Shown here one piece after another: positions 9,301 through 18,700 of a stretch of 64,000 nt of DNA (position 1 is its first letter; every line of letters starts with the position of its first letter). The notes under the pieces were generated by a model that saw only the letters and a program-made list of their open reading frames with translations, was not told the DNA's origin and did not search any database. Made by a program: the position numbers and the translations under genes. The DNA is from Verrucomicrobiota bacterium (GTDB taxonomy: Bacteria; Verrucomicrobiota; Verrucomicrobiia; Opitutales; Seribacteraceae). The DNA lies in assembly GCA_027622665.1 (NCBI GenBank), contig JAQBYT010000001.1, forward strand, positions 1 to 64,000. Direction: 5' to 3'.

Positions 9301-9607
9301 CTTTAATGAGCTGGGCATCGATATCGAGGAGAAGGCATTCTACGACATCCTGAAGTCGCTCGCGATCAAGTATGACTTCGATTATCCCGAGGACAAGCTT
9401 CTGGAGTTGGCCAAAAAGGTGAAGACCGAAGTCGACGACAAGGCGAAGTACACCGACTGGAGCCAACGCGAGGACATCAAGGCGGAATTGAAGGTCAGCC
9501 TGATCATCTTACTCGCCAATAACGACTACCCACCCGTGGATCGAGACGAAGTGTATAAGGAAATCTTCGAGCAGGCCCAGAACTTCAAGAAGCACCGCGG
9601 GGCCTAG
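6377..9607 (+). CDS. hsdR: Type I restriction endonuclease subunit R
   Basis: 1076 aa; nuclease motif IPDG..YVNGLPLVVFEFK, Walker A GATGCGKS, DEAH box, FTGTP, MWLTGFD, QTISRVNR. Confidence 0.96.
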   Translation: MTQHSKFSEAALEQAIIELLGQEGYPYVKGDTITREPGQVLLHADLRAFLAKQYAADHITPQEIEAVIKQLEAYSAADLYESNKAVMKLVSDGFLLKREDRSQKDLYIQLIDYSELVGFREPNPGEVPTIVAEDAGVYGSSRNIFKMVNQLEITGGEKRIPDGILYVNGLPLVVFEFKSAIREVATIHDAFVQLTVRYRRDIPELFKYNAFCVISDGVNNKVGSFFAPYEFYYAWRKIDGADLVEAEGIDSLYTMVKGLFDPTRLLDVIRNFVYLPDVSRAEQKILCRYPQYYAAKKLFDSVLAHRKPVGDGKGGTYFGATGCGKSFTMLFLARLLMRSVELASPTIVLITDRTDLDDQLSGLFTNGKGYLGDESVISVESREHLRDLLKGRNSGGVFLTTIHKFTEDTELLTERTNVICISDEAHRSQVNLEQKLRVTEEGVKKTYGFAKYLHDSLPNATYVGFTGTPIDATLDVFGEVVDAYTMTESVADEITVRIVYEGRAAKVMLDNSKLKEIEDYYGRCANEGASEHAIEESKKATTNMGAILGDPDRIQALAEDFVKHYEKRVNEGSTVAGKAMFVSSSRTVAYDFYKAVIALRPEWAEVKVCADGVELSEAETKTIKPMERIKMVMTRGKDDEETLYDLLGTSEYRKELDRQFKTAKSNFKIAILVDMWLTGFDVPFLDTIYVDKPIQRHNLIQTISRVNRKFENKQKGLVVDYVGIKKQMNQALAQYSKADSANIEEIAASITVVKDHLDLLTRLFYTFDTTPYFSGSPADQLQCLNRAAEFALITEKVKTRFMFLVKRMKAAYDICSGSDAFTEEERDHIHFYLAVRSIVAKLTVGPAPDTAQMNAKVRDMISAAIQSDGVEEIFKLGEDDATEIDIFEGDYLSKIEKIKLPNTKIKLLQQLLKRAITDFKKVNRIKGVDFSKKFQTLVEKYNERDEQDVLRSNVLEDFTDEIIDLFQALKVEKDSFNELGIDIEEKAFYDILKSLAIKYDFDYPEDKLLELAKKVKTEVDDKAKYTDWSQREDIKAELKVSLIILLANNDYPPVDRDEVYKEIFEQAQNFKKHRGA

Positions 9608-9733
9608 GCATTGCCTGCCGAGAGCCACACATAGGATCCCAGAAAATCACAGCCTGCCTTTGGCATGGCACCCATGTGGGGCGCGCCCTTCCCACCCGGC
9701 GGTGCGGAACCTGCGGAGACCCTCTAACACAGA

Positions 9734-11065
9734 TCAGGGCTTCCGCCAGGGAATCTTGCCGGCTTTTTGGAGGTGATCCATGAGGGCTCGGGAAAGCTCG
9801 TTGGCGACTTTGCCGTTGGGTGGCTTGGGGTTTGCCTCCGCCGGGTCGCTGGAAAGATTGAAGAGTTGCATGGGCTCGAAGCCGGTGTTTTGCAGGAGCT
9901 TCCATGGGCCGCGCCGGATGGCGTAGTAGGCCCGCCCCTGGTATCGGCGGTTACCCTCGCGGCGGACCCAGATAAGAGTGCGGTTCGGATCGCCCTTGGC
10001 GGCCTTGAGCCAGATCGGGGCTAGGCTTACGCCATCGATCTCGTGCTCCACCTTCACGCCGGCGATTTCGCAGAAGGTGGGGAGAAGGTCCATGGTCATG
10101 CCGAGCTCGTTGCTGCGACCGGGCTTGATGGTTCCGGGCCAGACGGCGCAGGTGGGGACGCGAATGCCGCCTTCCCAATGATCCTGCTTGCCTCCGCGAA
10201 GCTCTCCGTTAAGGGCTCCGTGCGGGATGGAGCCTCCGTTGTCGGAGGAAAAGACGATGAGGGTGTCGTCGGCGATGCCCAGCTCCTTTACGGCATCGAG
10301 GAACTTGCCGATCTCGTGGTCCATGTGCTCGACGAAGGCAACGTTGGTGGCACGTTTTTTGTTGAGCTTGGGCTCCCGCTTTTGCACTTTTTCCAGCCAA
10401 TCCTTGGGCGGCTGGATGGGAAAGTGAGGGGCGTTGTATGCGAGGTAGAGAAAGAAGGGTTTCTTTTTGTCGGCGGCCTGTTCCTTTACGTATTCGATGC
10501 CCCAGCGGGTAAAAACCTCGGTGGCGTGGCCCTTGGGTTTTACCTCCTCCTTGTTGCGACGCATCCAGTTGACGCCGCCGCGCAGGTGGGTCCAGTAGTC
10601 GTCCATCATATCGGCGAGGAAGCCATGAAAGAAATCGAAGCCGCGATCGTTGGGCACGTTGGGCGACTCGTAGCCGAGGTGCCACTTGCCTACCATGCCG
10701 GCATGGTAACCTGCCTTGCGCATGAGATCGGGCATGGTGGGACCAGAAGGGTTGAAGTAGCCCCAACTATCCTTCTCCCACTGGCGAATAACGCCGGGTG
10801 CGCCGACCATGTCGGGATAGCGCCCGGTGAGGAGGGAGGCCCGGGTGGGGGTGCACACGGTGCAGTTAGCGTAGAACTGATCCATGCGCAGGCCCGCTTT
10901 CATGAGGCTGTCTATGGCGGGCGTGCGAATATCCGTACCACCGAAGGAGGAGAGGTCGCTGTATCCAAGATCATCAACGAGGATGCAGATGACGTTCGGC
11001 TTTTTGGCCGCTACGGACAAAGCCAGGGAAAAAAGAAGGCAGAGAAGATAGAGGTTGCGTTTCAT
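9734..11065 (-). CDS. Sulfatase (arylsulfatase-like, exported)
   Basis: Signal peptide, KPN..ILVDDLG, CTPTR formylglycine motif, GKWHLG, SDNG. Confidence 0.93.
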   Translation of the reverse strand: MKRNLYLLCLLFSLALSVAAKKPNVICILVDDLGYSDLSSFGGTDIRTPAIDSLMKAGLRMDQFYANCTVCTPTRASLLTGRYPDMVGAPGVIRQWEKDSWGYFNPSGPTMPDLMRKAGYHAGMVGKWHLGYESPNVPNDRGFDFFHGFLADMMDDYWTHLRGGVNWMRRNKEEVKPKGHATEVFTRWGIEYVKEQAADKKKPFFLYLAYNAPHFPIQPPKDWLEKVQKREPKLNKKRATNVAFVEHMDHEIGKFLDAVKELGIADDTLIVFSSDNGGSIPHGALNGELRGGKQDHWEGGIRVPTCAVWPGTIKPGRSNELGMTMDLLPTFCEIAGVKVEHEIDGVSLAPIWLKAAKGDPNRTLIWVRREGNRRYQGRAYYAIRRGPWKLLQNTGFEPMQLFNLSSDPAEANPKPPNGKVANELSRALMDHLQKAGKIPWRKP

Positions 11066-11099
11066 GGATGCGAGGAAAGCGGTCTTCTATTAACAGGCA

Positions 11100-11135
11100 A
11101 GCAAAAGCCCCGGCGAAAACATCGGGGCTTTTGCT
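11100..11135 (-). terminator. Intrinsic terminator-like hairpin
   Basis: GCAAAAGCCCCG-n10-CGGGGCTTTTGC just downstream of 11160..11669. Confidence 0.75.
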
Positions 11136-11159
11136 GAAAAAGAGGTGGAGGAAAACGCC

Positions 11160-11669
11160 TTACTTCACGAAGGCGTGCAAGCCATTTGCATGGAGCGCAT
11201 TAATAAAGGCAGCGGCATTGAAGTCGCCCGTGACCTTAAAGGTCTTGCTTCCCTTCTTTGCGGTGTGAGCTGAAGCCCCATCGGTTTCGTTGACGGCTTT
11301 GGCAACGGCTTTGATGCATTTCCCGCAACAGAGATGCGATCCGCCCAAGGTTAGGCTCTTCACCTTTTCGTCCTTGGCTCCGCCTTGGCAGTCGATGGCG
11401 AGGTCTTTGTTGTCGGACTTCCCATAGTAGCCGGCCTTAGACATACCCGTAAGGGCCTTTTTAACGGATGCCTGATCCCCGGTAATAACTACGGAGCCCG
11501 CGTTGGCATCGCAGGTTGCAGAGGCACCGGCCTTCTTGACCGCTTTGCTCACACCGTTTACGCAACCCTTGCAGCAGAGATGAACTCCGGAGAGAGTGAC
11601 TTTGGTTTCGGCGTGAATCGAGAAAGTCGCCGCAGTGATCGTGAGCAGGCTTAGTAATAGAGTCTTCAT
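11160..11669 (-). CDS. Exported protein with two HMA-like metal-binding domains
   Basis: Signal peptide; two repeats carrying HLCCKGC and HLCCGKC. Confidence 0.7.
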   Translation of the reverse strand: MKTLLLSLLTITAATFSIHAETKVTLSGVHLCCKGCVNGVSKAVKKAGASATCDANAGSVVITGDQASVKKALTGMSKAGYYGKSDNKDLAIDCQGGAKDEKVKSLTLGGSHLCCGKCIKAVAKAVNETDGASAHTAKKGSKTFKVTGDFNAAAFINALHANGLHAFVK

Positions 11670-12151
11670 AGTAGCTGTTCGTTAAATGTAATAAAAAGGT
11701 GCGAGTCTTAGCAAATAGACGAAACCGGCGCCCTCGAGACAAATATATGAAAACTCCCACCAAGCCTGATCAATAAAAGAGTAGACCACTGAAAATATGT
11801 CTCAAATTCGAGTACTTCGGCTATTTAAACTATAGAAAGCAACAAGCTTTCGGCACAGAAAAACAAACTGGATTGAAACAAACGATGAAACTGCAGACCG
11901 AACTAAACGAGATTGCCAAATCATCTGTGGATAAAAAGACCCCGATCTTTCGCACCACAGGCTGGCGTCCCGTTTCATTCTTTGGGGAAGACCTCGCCAA
12001 AAGGAAAACTCGCAGCATCTACCTCGGGTGCGGCGAGTTTCCCTCTTTGGCCAACATCATGACTCAACGGCCAATCCTTCCCTCGACTCCTTAAATAGTT
12101 CCGGCCTTTTCACTTTGCCCGGAGGCATCGGGTGGTCAGCTTTCTCAACCC

Positions 12152-12793
12152 ATGCTCCTAGACCTCTCCCATCCGCTCGCCAACGGCGTTCCAAGCTTTC
12201 CCGGTGACCCTGCATTCGTCGCTACGCCTCATGCCACCCATCAAGAGCAGCGGGTAAGCGTCACCAAATTAACAATGGGTAGCCACCAAGGAACCCATCT
12301 CGATGCTCCCTTTCACTTCTATGCCGAGGGAAAGACCATCGATGAAATGCCGCTGGAACCTTTTTTCGGACCGGCTCGCCTCATCGATCTCGTGCCCGGA
12401 GGAGAGCTTGCTCCCAATACGGAGCTGACTGTGGAAACCTTTCTTCCCCACGCCGATGCCTTTGATTCAGGTACCCGCATAATCCTAAGGACAGGTTGGG
12501 AAAAACAGTTCGGAAAAGAGACTTTCTTCACCGATTTTCCGTACATAACGCCCGAAGCCGCCGAATGGATTGCCGATACGGGGATCGCTTTGCTGGGAAT
12601 GGATCTCCCTACTCCGGGCAAGGATGCTTGGGGAACACACTTGCCGCTGCTCGCTCCGGGCGTTGAAATTGTCATAGTCGAGGCCCTGCGAAATCTTGAC
12701 AGGCTCCCAAATGAATTTACGCTTTCGGCCTTTCCACTCAACCTGAAGGGAATTGACGGTTCCCCGGTCAGGGCAATTGCAATAATAGAATAA
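12152..12793 (+). CDS. Cyclase family metal hydrolase (kynurenine formamidase-like)
   Basis: DLSHP, H.GTHLDAP.H, DGSPVRA. Confidence 0.9.
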   Translation: MLLDLSHPLANGVPSFPGDPAFVATPHATHQEQRVSVTKLTMGSHQGTHLDAPFHFYAEGKTIDEMPLEPFFGPARLIDLVPGGELAPNTELTVETFLPHADAFDSGTRIILRTGWEKQFGKETFFTDFPYITPEAAEWIADTGIALLGMDLPTPGKDAWGTHLPLLAPGVEIVIVEALRNLDRLPNEFTLSAFPLNLKGIDGSPVRAIAIIE

Positions 12794-13509
12794 TGAAGCC
12801 CATAGTCCAAATTTCCTTAGACATAATTGACCTAGACGAGGCCATTTCCCATGCCCGGATGGCATTAAGGGCAGGGGTTGACTGGTTGGAAGCAGGAACT
12901 CCACTCATACTCGCCGAAGGGATGCGAGCCGTCAGGACTCTACGAGAACAATTTCCCGAGATTCCAATAGTAGCCGACCTGAAGACAATGGACGGAGGGT
13001 ACTTGGAAGCGGAAGTCATGGCAAAGGCAGGAGCCACGCACGTCGTAGTAATGGCTCGGGCCCATGCAGAAACAATAAAGGAAGTGGTAAAAGCCGGCGC
13101 GGATTTTGGTATCGGAGTCATGGGGGATAATCTTGGCTGCGAGGACATGGTCGAGGGTGCCCGCAGGCTAGCCGAACTAGGTTGTGGATACGTCGTTCAC
13201 CATGTGGGATACGACGAACGCCGGGGAATTGCCGCAAGAAACGAAATCGCTCCAAATCCCCTAGACCAATTGCGTGCAGTTGTTGACGCAGTGGAAGTGC
13301 CCGTACAGGCAGTTGGAGGTTTAACCATTGAGCAAGCCGTCCAAACACCTGAATACGGAGCCCCTCTCGTGGTGCTTGGTGCCCCACTGGCAATCGATGC
13401 GGACTCTTTCCGCGCAGCCGATGGAAACGTGGAGTCGTCTCTACGAATTATTTGCGAGAAAGTACATGCCTACGATGATGTTCCGGTAGGTCGTGAAAAA
13501 CAGCAGTAG
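12793..13509 (+). CDS. OMP decarboxylase/HUMPS family protein (3-hexulose-6-phosphate synthase / KGPDC-like)
   Basis: VQISLD, WLEAGTPLI, VADLKTMDGG..E, AVGGL. Confidence 0.88.
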   Translation: MKPIVQISLDIIDLDEAISHARMALRAGVDWLEAGTPLILAEGMRAVRTLREQFPEIPIVADLKTMDGGYLEAEVMAKAGATHVVVMARAHAETIKEVVKAGADFGIGVMGDNLGCEDMVEGARRLAELGCGYVVHHVGYDERRGIAARNEIAPNPLDQLRAVVDAVEVPVQAVGGLTIEQAVQTPEYGAPLVVLGAPLAIDADSFRAADGNVESSLRIICEKVHAYDDVPVGREKQQ

Positions 13510-13518
13510 AAGTTATAT

Positions 13519-14550
13519 ATGAAGGCCATAGTAAATTACGCCACAGACCCCGACAGTGTTGAGATACGAGATATCCCTGAACCAAAACCAGGACCCGACG
13601 ACGTAATAATGGAGGTGGATACCGTAAGCGTATGCGGTTCCGACCTACACCAATGGAAGGGTGGCCATAGTTGGCCGGTAAATTACCCGGTGGTTCTTGG
13701 CCACGAATTTGCAGGAAGAATCGTTGAACTCGGAAAACAAGTAATTGAATTCGAAATGGGTGATCGAGTAACGAGTGAAACGGCTGCAGTCATTGACCCT
13801 CAAAATCCTCTAACTAAAGAAGGCAATTACCAACTGGATCCGAACAGAAAAGGATTTGGCTATGGCGTAGATGGAGCAATGACTAGATTCGTGAAAGTGC
13901 CAGTTCGCTGCCTGCATCACGTTCCGGAAGAACTGCCTCTGAAAATAGCCGCCGTAACTGAACCATGTTGCGTAGCCTACAATGCCGTTATTGAAAACGG
14001 ATCAGTCAAGCCCGGTGATCGGGTACTCGTACTTGGTCCTGGACCTATCGGTATTTTATGCGGTTTGATGGCCAAGGTGGGCGGTGCGGCCGAGGTCGCC
14101 ATATCGGGATTACCGAGTGATAAAGCACGTCTTTCGATAGCAAAGGATTTGGGCCTGATTCCGTTGACCGAGGGCATCATTGAATGGGCCAAGAAGTCAG
14201 ACGGCACCGGAGTTAATTTGGCTGTCGATGCTGCCGGTGTATCGGTAACACTCCGAACGGCTATCGATGCCGTTCGACCCGGAGGAAGAATCGCAAAAGT
14301 CGGGTGGGGACCACAACCGATCGACTTCAGTTTGGATCCACTTGTACAAAAGAACATTTCACTTTTTGGGAGCTTTAGTCATAATAGACCTATGTGGGAA
14401 GCCGTCTTGCGATTGCTGACATCGAAAAGACTAGACCCCGCTCCAATACTAACTGAAACATGGAAGCTCTCTAATTGGAGAGATGCATTCGAGGCAATGC
14501 ATAATGGTGAAATAGTAAAGGCTCAATTAAATCCGCAAGAGCTAAATTAG
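13519..14550 (+). CDS. Zinc-binding alcohol/polyol dehydrogenase (MDR)
   Basis: CGSDLH, GHEFAG, GPGPIG; structural-Zn cysteine cluster absent. Confidence 0.9.
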   Translation: MKAIVNYATDPDSVEIRDIPEPKPGPDDVIMEVDTVSVCGSDLHQWKGGHSWPVNYPVVLGHEFAGRIVELGKQVIEFEMGDRVTSETAAVIDPQNPLTKEGNYQLDPNRKGFGYGVDGAMTRFVKVPVRCLHHVPEELPLKIAAVTEPCCVAYNAVIENGSVKPGDRVLVLGPGPIGILCGLMAKVGGAAEVAISGLPSDKARLSIAKDLGLIPLTEGIIEWAKKSDGTGVNLAVDAAGVSVTLRTAIDAVRPGGRIAKVGWGPQPIDFSLDPLVQKNISLFGSFSHNRPMWEAVLRLLTSKRLDPAPILTETWKLSNWRDAFEAMHNGEIVKAQLNPQELN

Positions 14551-14576
14551 TTTTATTTATTTTTATTTATAACTAG

Positions 14577-15347
14577 ATGATTGATGGGAAAACAATTCTA
14601 ATCACTGGCAGCGCGACGGGGATCGGGGAAGCTATGGCCCGCCTCTTTCATGCGGCAGGAGCTCGAGTTGTAATTCACGGAAAGGACCCAAGTGAAGTTC
14701 ATCGTGTAGCCAGTGATCTCGGCGATCGAGTTCTGGAACGCTCGGATGATTTATCCGATCCAGAAAGCCCCCAGAACTTAATTGATGCGACCGTAAACGC
14801 CTTTGGCGGGATCGATGCATTGGTAAACAACGCTGCCGTAATAACCCGAAAGGATTTGGACAAATCTGACGCCAATCTATTTGACCATGATTTCAGTGTC
14901 AATACCCGCGCTCCCCTATTTCTCATCAAATCCGCCCTACCCTATTTATCTAAAGCAAAGGGCAATGTGCTAAATATTGGGTCCATTAACTCATACTGCG
15001 GCGAGCGAAACCTTCTCATTTATAGTATGACCAAGGGAGCGTTGCTTACAATGACTAGAAATCTTGGAGATACCCTTCACCGAGAGAATGGAGTTTGCGT
15101 AAATCAGTTCAACCTGGGTTGGGTCCTAAGTCCAAATGAGATCAAGGCCAAAATCGCCGAGGGTTTATCCGCCGACTGGCCCGACAAGGTGCCCGCTAAC
15201 CTAGCTCCTTGTGGACGTATATTACTTCCTGAGGAAATCGCTAAAATCGCACTCCCTTGGGTTTCCGGCGAGACCCGACCCGTGAGTGGTTCGATAATAG
15301 ACATAGAGCAATTTCCCGTCATTGGCAGAAATCCCGTTAAAGAATGA
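14577..15347 (+). CDS. SDR family oxidoreductase
   Basis: TGSATGIG, NNAA, YSMTK. Confidence 0.92.
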   Translation: MIDGKTILITGSATGIGEAMARLFHAAGARVVIHGKDPSEVHRVASDLGDRVLERSDDLSDPESPQNLIDATVNAFGGIDALVNNAAVITRKDLDKSDANLFDHDFSVNTRAPLFLIKSALPYLSKAKGNVLNIGSINSYCGERNLLIYSMTKGALLTMTRNLGDTLHRENGVCVNQFNLGWVLSPNEIKAKIAEGLSADWPDKVPANLAPCGRILLPEEIAKIALPWVSGETRPVSGSIIDIEQFPVIGRNPVKE

Positions 15348-16234
15348 TTAAACGACCTAAAATTGCAGTATTCCCAAAAGCCTATATGCAAGCTCTTTGC
15401 AAAACGGGGGAAATGACTGTAGAAGAGTGGATCGATATGGCGTCTGTACTCCCTATTGATGGGTTGGAGTTTTACTGCGGATTCATCGAATTATCCGAAT
15501 TAAGCAATGCATCTAAATTTCGCAAGATGGTGGAAGATAAGGATTTGTGTATTCCCATGTTCTGCTGCTCCCCTGATTTCACACATCCTGATTCAGGATT
15601 CAGAAAAGAACAGGTAGAAAAAGAAATATCCTGGATAGAAATGACCGCTCAATTAGGTGGTTCTTTCTGTCGCGTTCTTTCAGGGCAAAGGCGTCCTGAA
15701 CTATCTGAAGACGACGGCCTCCGTCTTGCCGCAGAATGCATCGAATCATGCCTTCCTAAGGCAAAGGAATTGGGAGTGACTTTAATCATCGAAAATCACT
15801 ACAAGGATGATTTTTGGATTTATCCCGAATTTGCTCAAAAGATGAGCAGTTTCCAGAAGCTAGTTGGTTCCATAGACGACCCTGGATTTGGCGTGAACTA
15901 CGATCCTTCCAATGCCTTTCTTGCTGGTGATGATCCCATCGAACTCCTTGATTCTATCCTGGATCGCGTTCTCACGATGCACGCCAGCGACAGATATTTG
16001 GCGGAAGGAACCTTGGAGGATCTGAGGCGAGAAGAAAATGTCGAGGGATACGCATCCCGTCTTCGTCACGGTGAAATAGGTAAGGGCTTAAACGACTACG
16101 ATGCCATTTTTTCGCGCCTCGCGGGTCGTAACTTCTCGGGTTGGATTAGTGTGGAAGATGGCGTAGACGGAATGGATCAGTTGGCTCGCAGCGTTGATTT
16201 CTTGATAAGAAAAATTGGCGAGCACTGGAAATGA
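15344..16234 (+). CDS. Sugar phosphate isomerase/epimerase (xylose isomerase-like TIM barrel)
   Basis: IENH, VNYDPSN, MHASD, ISVE metal ligands. Confidence 0.88.
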   Translation: MIKRPKIAVFPKAYMQALCKTGEMTVEEWIDMASVLPIDGLEFYCGFIELSELSNASKFRKMVEDKDLCIPMFCCSPDFTHPDSGFRKEQVEKEISWIEMTAQLGGSFCRVLSGQRRPELSEDDGLRLAAECIESCLPKAKELGVTLIIENHYKDDFWIYPEFAQKMSSFQKLVGSIDDPGFGVNYDPSNAFLAGDDPIELLDSILDRVLTMHASDRYLAEGTLEDLRREENVEGYASRLRHGEIGKGLNDYDAIFSRLAGRNFSGWISVEDGVDGMDQLARSVDFLIRKIGEHWK

Positions 16235-16239
16235 AATTT

Positions 16240-16881
16240 CTACTGATCTTTTGCGTCTTCTCCCAATTTTAGTTTTTTCAACTTCGGTCGAATGACAAAA
16301 GCACAGTAACTTTGGTTCGGGTTGCGCCGGAAGTAGTCTTGATGATAGTCCTCGGCAGGGTAAAACACGGGAGATGCCACAATTTCCGTTACCACCGGAT
16401 CCTCTAGTTCAGACCCAAGCTTGGACTTCCAGGCTTCAGCCAATTGTTTTTGATCTTCGTTAACATACATGATTGTGGAACGATACTGGGTTCCCGTATC
16501 GGCGCCTTGTCGATTCAAGGTCGTTGGGTCATGGCACTCGCCAAAGGTTACAAGCAACTGCTCGTAACTGGTTTCAGCAGGATTGAACAAGATCTTTATG
16601 ACCTCTGCGTGACCTGTATTCCCTGTACATATTTGCTCATAAGTCGGGTTTGGATTAGCGCCACCCGCATAGCCTGAAACAACGGATTCGACACCTTCCA
16701 AAAGCTCGAAGACAGCTTCCGTACACCAAAAGCAACCCCCGCCCAGAATAGCAATCTGAGTTTTTTCAGTCTTGATTGGAACAGTTTCCTGATTTTCTGT
16801 TTTCATAGCTTCGTCTTTTTTTGTACCTAGGCAACCTCCCGAAAATATGGCAATACAAGTAAGAAATAAAATTTGTTTCAT
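16240..16881 (-). CDS. msrA: Peptide-methionine (S)-S-oxide reductase, probable lipoprotein
   Basis: GGGCFWC, SGYAGG, GHAE, HDPTTLNRQG.D.GTQYRS, AEDYHQDY; start placed at MKQILF with SGGC lipobox-like motif. Confidence 0.95.
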   Translation of the reverse strand: MKQILFLTCIAIFSGGCLGTKKDEAMKTENQETVPIKTEKTQIAILGGGCFWCTEAVFELLEGVESVVSGYAGGANPNPTYEQICTGNTGHAEVIKILFNPAETSYEQLLVTFGECHDPTTLNRQGADTGTQYRSTIMYVNEDQKQLAEAWKSKLGSELEDPVVTEIVASPVFYPAEDYHQDYFRRNPNQSYCAFVIRPKLKKLKLGEDAKDQ

Positions 16882-16984
16882 TAGCCTGTTATAACTAAGG
16901 CTCGTAGACATCCAAGTAAAAGAGATAGTAAATCGCTAAATATGTTTGCTTCTTCCTAATCGAATCCCCTATCGAAGAATTATT

Positions 16985-18319
16985 ATGAAAACCTACCAAT
17001 CCAGACGTCGTTTTATTTTACAATCCGGAAAACTCGTCGCTGCGAGTGCCGCAGCAACCGTTACGGGGCCATTTTTACTCTCTGCAGAAAAGGGTTCGCC
17101 AAATGAACGGGTTCGCTTCGGAGCCATCGGGGTCGGTGGTCGTGGCACAAGCGATGCCAATGCCGCTCGTCGCTTCGCCGACGTCGTGGGCGTTTGCGAT
17201 CTGGATACCCAGCGAGTTGAGCGGGTGATCAAGGGGTTTCGTGCCCAAGACACGGCCAAGGGATATCAAGAATATCGAAAATTGCTCGATCGTAAGGATA
17301 TTGACTTTGTTACAATTGGCACCACCGACCATTGGCATACCCGAGTGGCCATCCATGCCATGCAAGCCGGTAAAGACGTTTACTGCGAAAAGCCACTGAC
17401 CCTCACCATCGATGAGGGAAAACAAATTTGCAAGGTCGTCAAGGAAACCGGAAGGATCTTTCAAGTGGGCACCCAGCAACGTTCCGAAATGGGCCAAAAG
17501 TTTTTGCAAGCCATCGGAATTATTCGCGAAGGTCGAATCGGCAAGGTTAAGAAAGTGACTTGTAATATCGGGGGAGGTCCTCAAGGCGGTCCTTTCAAAA
17601 AGTCGGACCCGCCTGCGAATATCGACTGGAATACTTGGCTAGGACAGGCACCGCTCGTCGACTACATCAAGGAACGTTGCCATTATCAATTTCGCTGGTG
17701 GTATGAGTACTCTGGCGGCAAGATGACCGACTGGGGAGCTCACCACATCGACATCGCCCAGTGGGCATTGGACCAAAACGGCGACGGTCAAGGCCCTCTC
17801 TCAATCGATCCGATCATAGGTGATCATCCTGTCCCGCTCAAGAATGGCATGCCAACCAAGGATAACCATTACAATACTTCGCACAATTTCCACATTCGTT
17901 GTGGTTTTCCAGATGGCGTTGAAATGAATATCGTAAGCCGTTCGCCCGAGGGCAACGGAATCCTCTTCGAGGGTTCTAAAGGTAAGTTGCTGGTAAGCCG
18001 AGGGAAACTACAAGGTGACGCAGTAAATGATTTAAAAGAGAAACCACTTGCTTCTGACACCATAAAGAAGATCTACAAGGGCAAGAACCCGACCAATCAT
18101 ATGGAAAATTTCTTCAAGTGCGTGAAGGATCGCAGCGAACCAATTTCCGATGTCTTCAGTCACCACCGAGCCATGACTACGTGTCACCTTGCAAACATAT
18201 CGATTCGTTTAGGCCGAAAGCTTACTTGGAATCCCAAAACCGAGCAGATGGTTGGAGACGAAAAAGCCAACGCTTGGCAGTCCCGCGAGCAACGGAAGGG
18301 TTTCGAGACCAATACTTAA
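16985..18319 (+). CDS. Gfo/Idh/MocA family oxidoreductase with Tat signal
   Basis: SRRRFI twin-arginine, IGVGGRG, DHWH, CEKP, QVGTQQRS, DWGAHHID. Confidence 0.92.
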   Translation: MKTYQSRRRFILQSGKLVAASAAATVTGPFLLSAEKGSPNERVRFGAIGVGGRGTSDANAARRFADVVGVCDLDTQRVERVIKGFRAQDTAKGYQEYRKLLDRKDIDFVTIGTTDHWHTRVAIHAMQAGKDVYCEKPLTLTIDEGKQICKVVKETGRIFQVGTQQRSEMGQKFLQAIGIIREGRIGKVKKVTCNIGGGPQGGPFKKSDPPANIDWNTWLGQAPLVDYIKERCHYQFRWWYEYSGGKMTDWGAHHIDIAQWALDQNGDGQGPLSIDPIIGDHPVPLKNGMPTKDNHYNTSHNFHIRCGFPDGVEMNIVSRSPEGNGILFEGSKGKLLVSRGKLQGDAVNDLKEKPLASDTIKKIYKGKNPTNHMENFFKCVKDRSEPISDVFSHHRAMTTCHLANISIRLGRKLTWNPKTEQMVGDEKANAWQSREQRKGFETNT

Positions 18320-18700
18320 TTGACCTCCTAGCGCGGATCACTTCCGCAGGGCTAGCATCGAAAGTTTGCCGGCAGCCATCATGTTTAATTGATGACGCAT
18401 TAGATGGCGGGTTGCTGCAATGGTTTCGTTGCGGATTTTAGGCCACACATCGTTCCATGTGTCCAAACATTGGAAGCGCCGGCAAGGTATGGAGCAATCG
18501 ACAAACTACTCAATACTTTTGAGGGGTATTTGAGGGTAAAAACTAAGCACAGTTGTTGACTGCGATTTATGAGCCTTTAGTTTTCTTTAAATGATTTGTT
18601 TCGTGATGCTTCACCAATCAATCCAGAAACGGACCCTCTCCTCTCCCCGAAATAGGTTGACTCCTCCACTTGCAAAGATGGGAATAACTATGATACTTTA

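Noticed and set aside
11873..12094. 73-aa ORF
   Set aside because: No motif or clear start signal; cannot support as a gene
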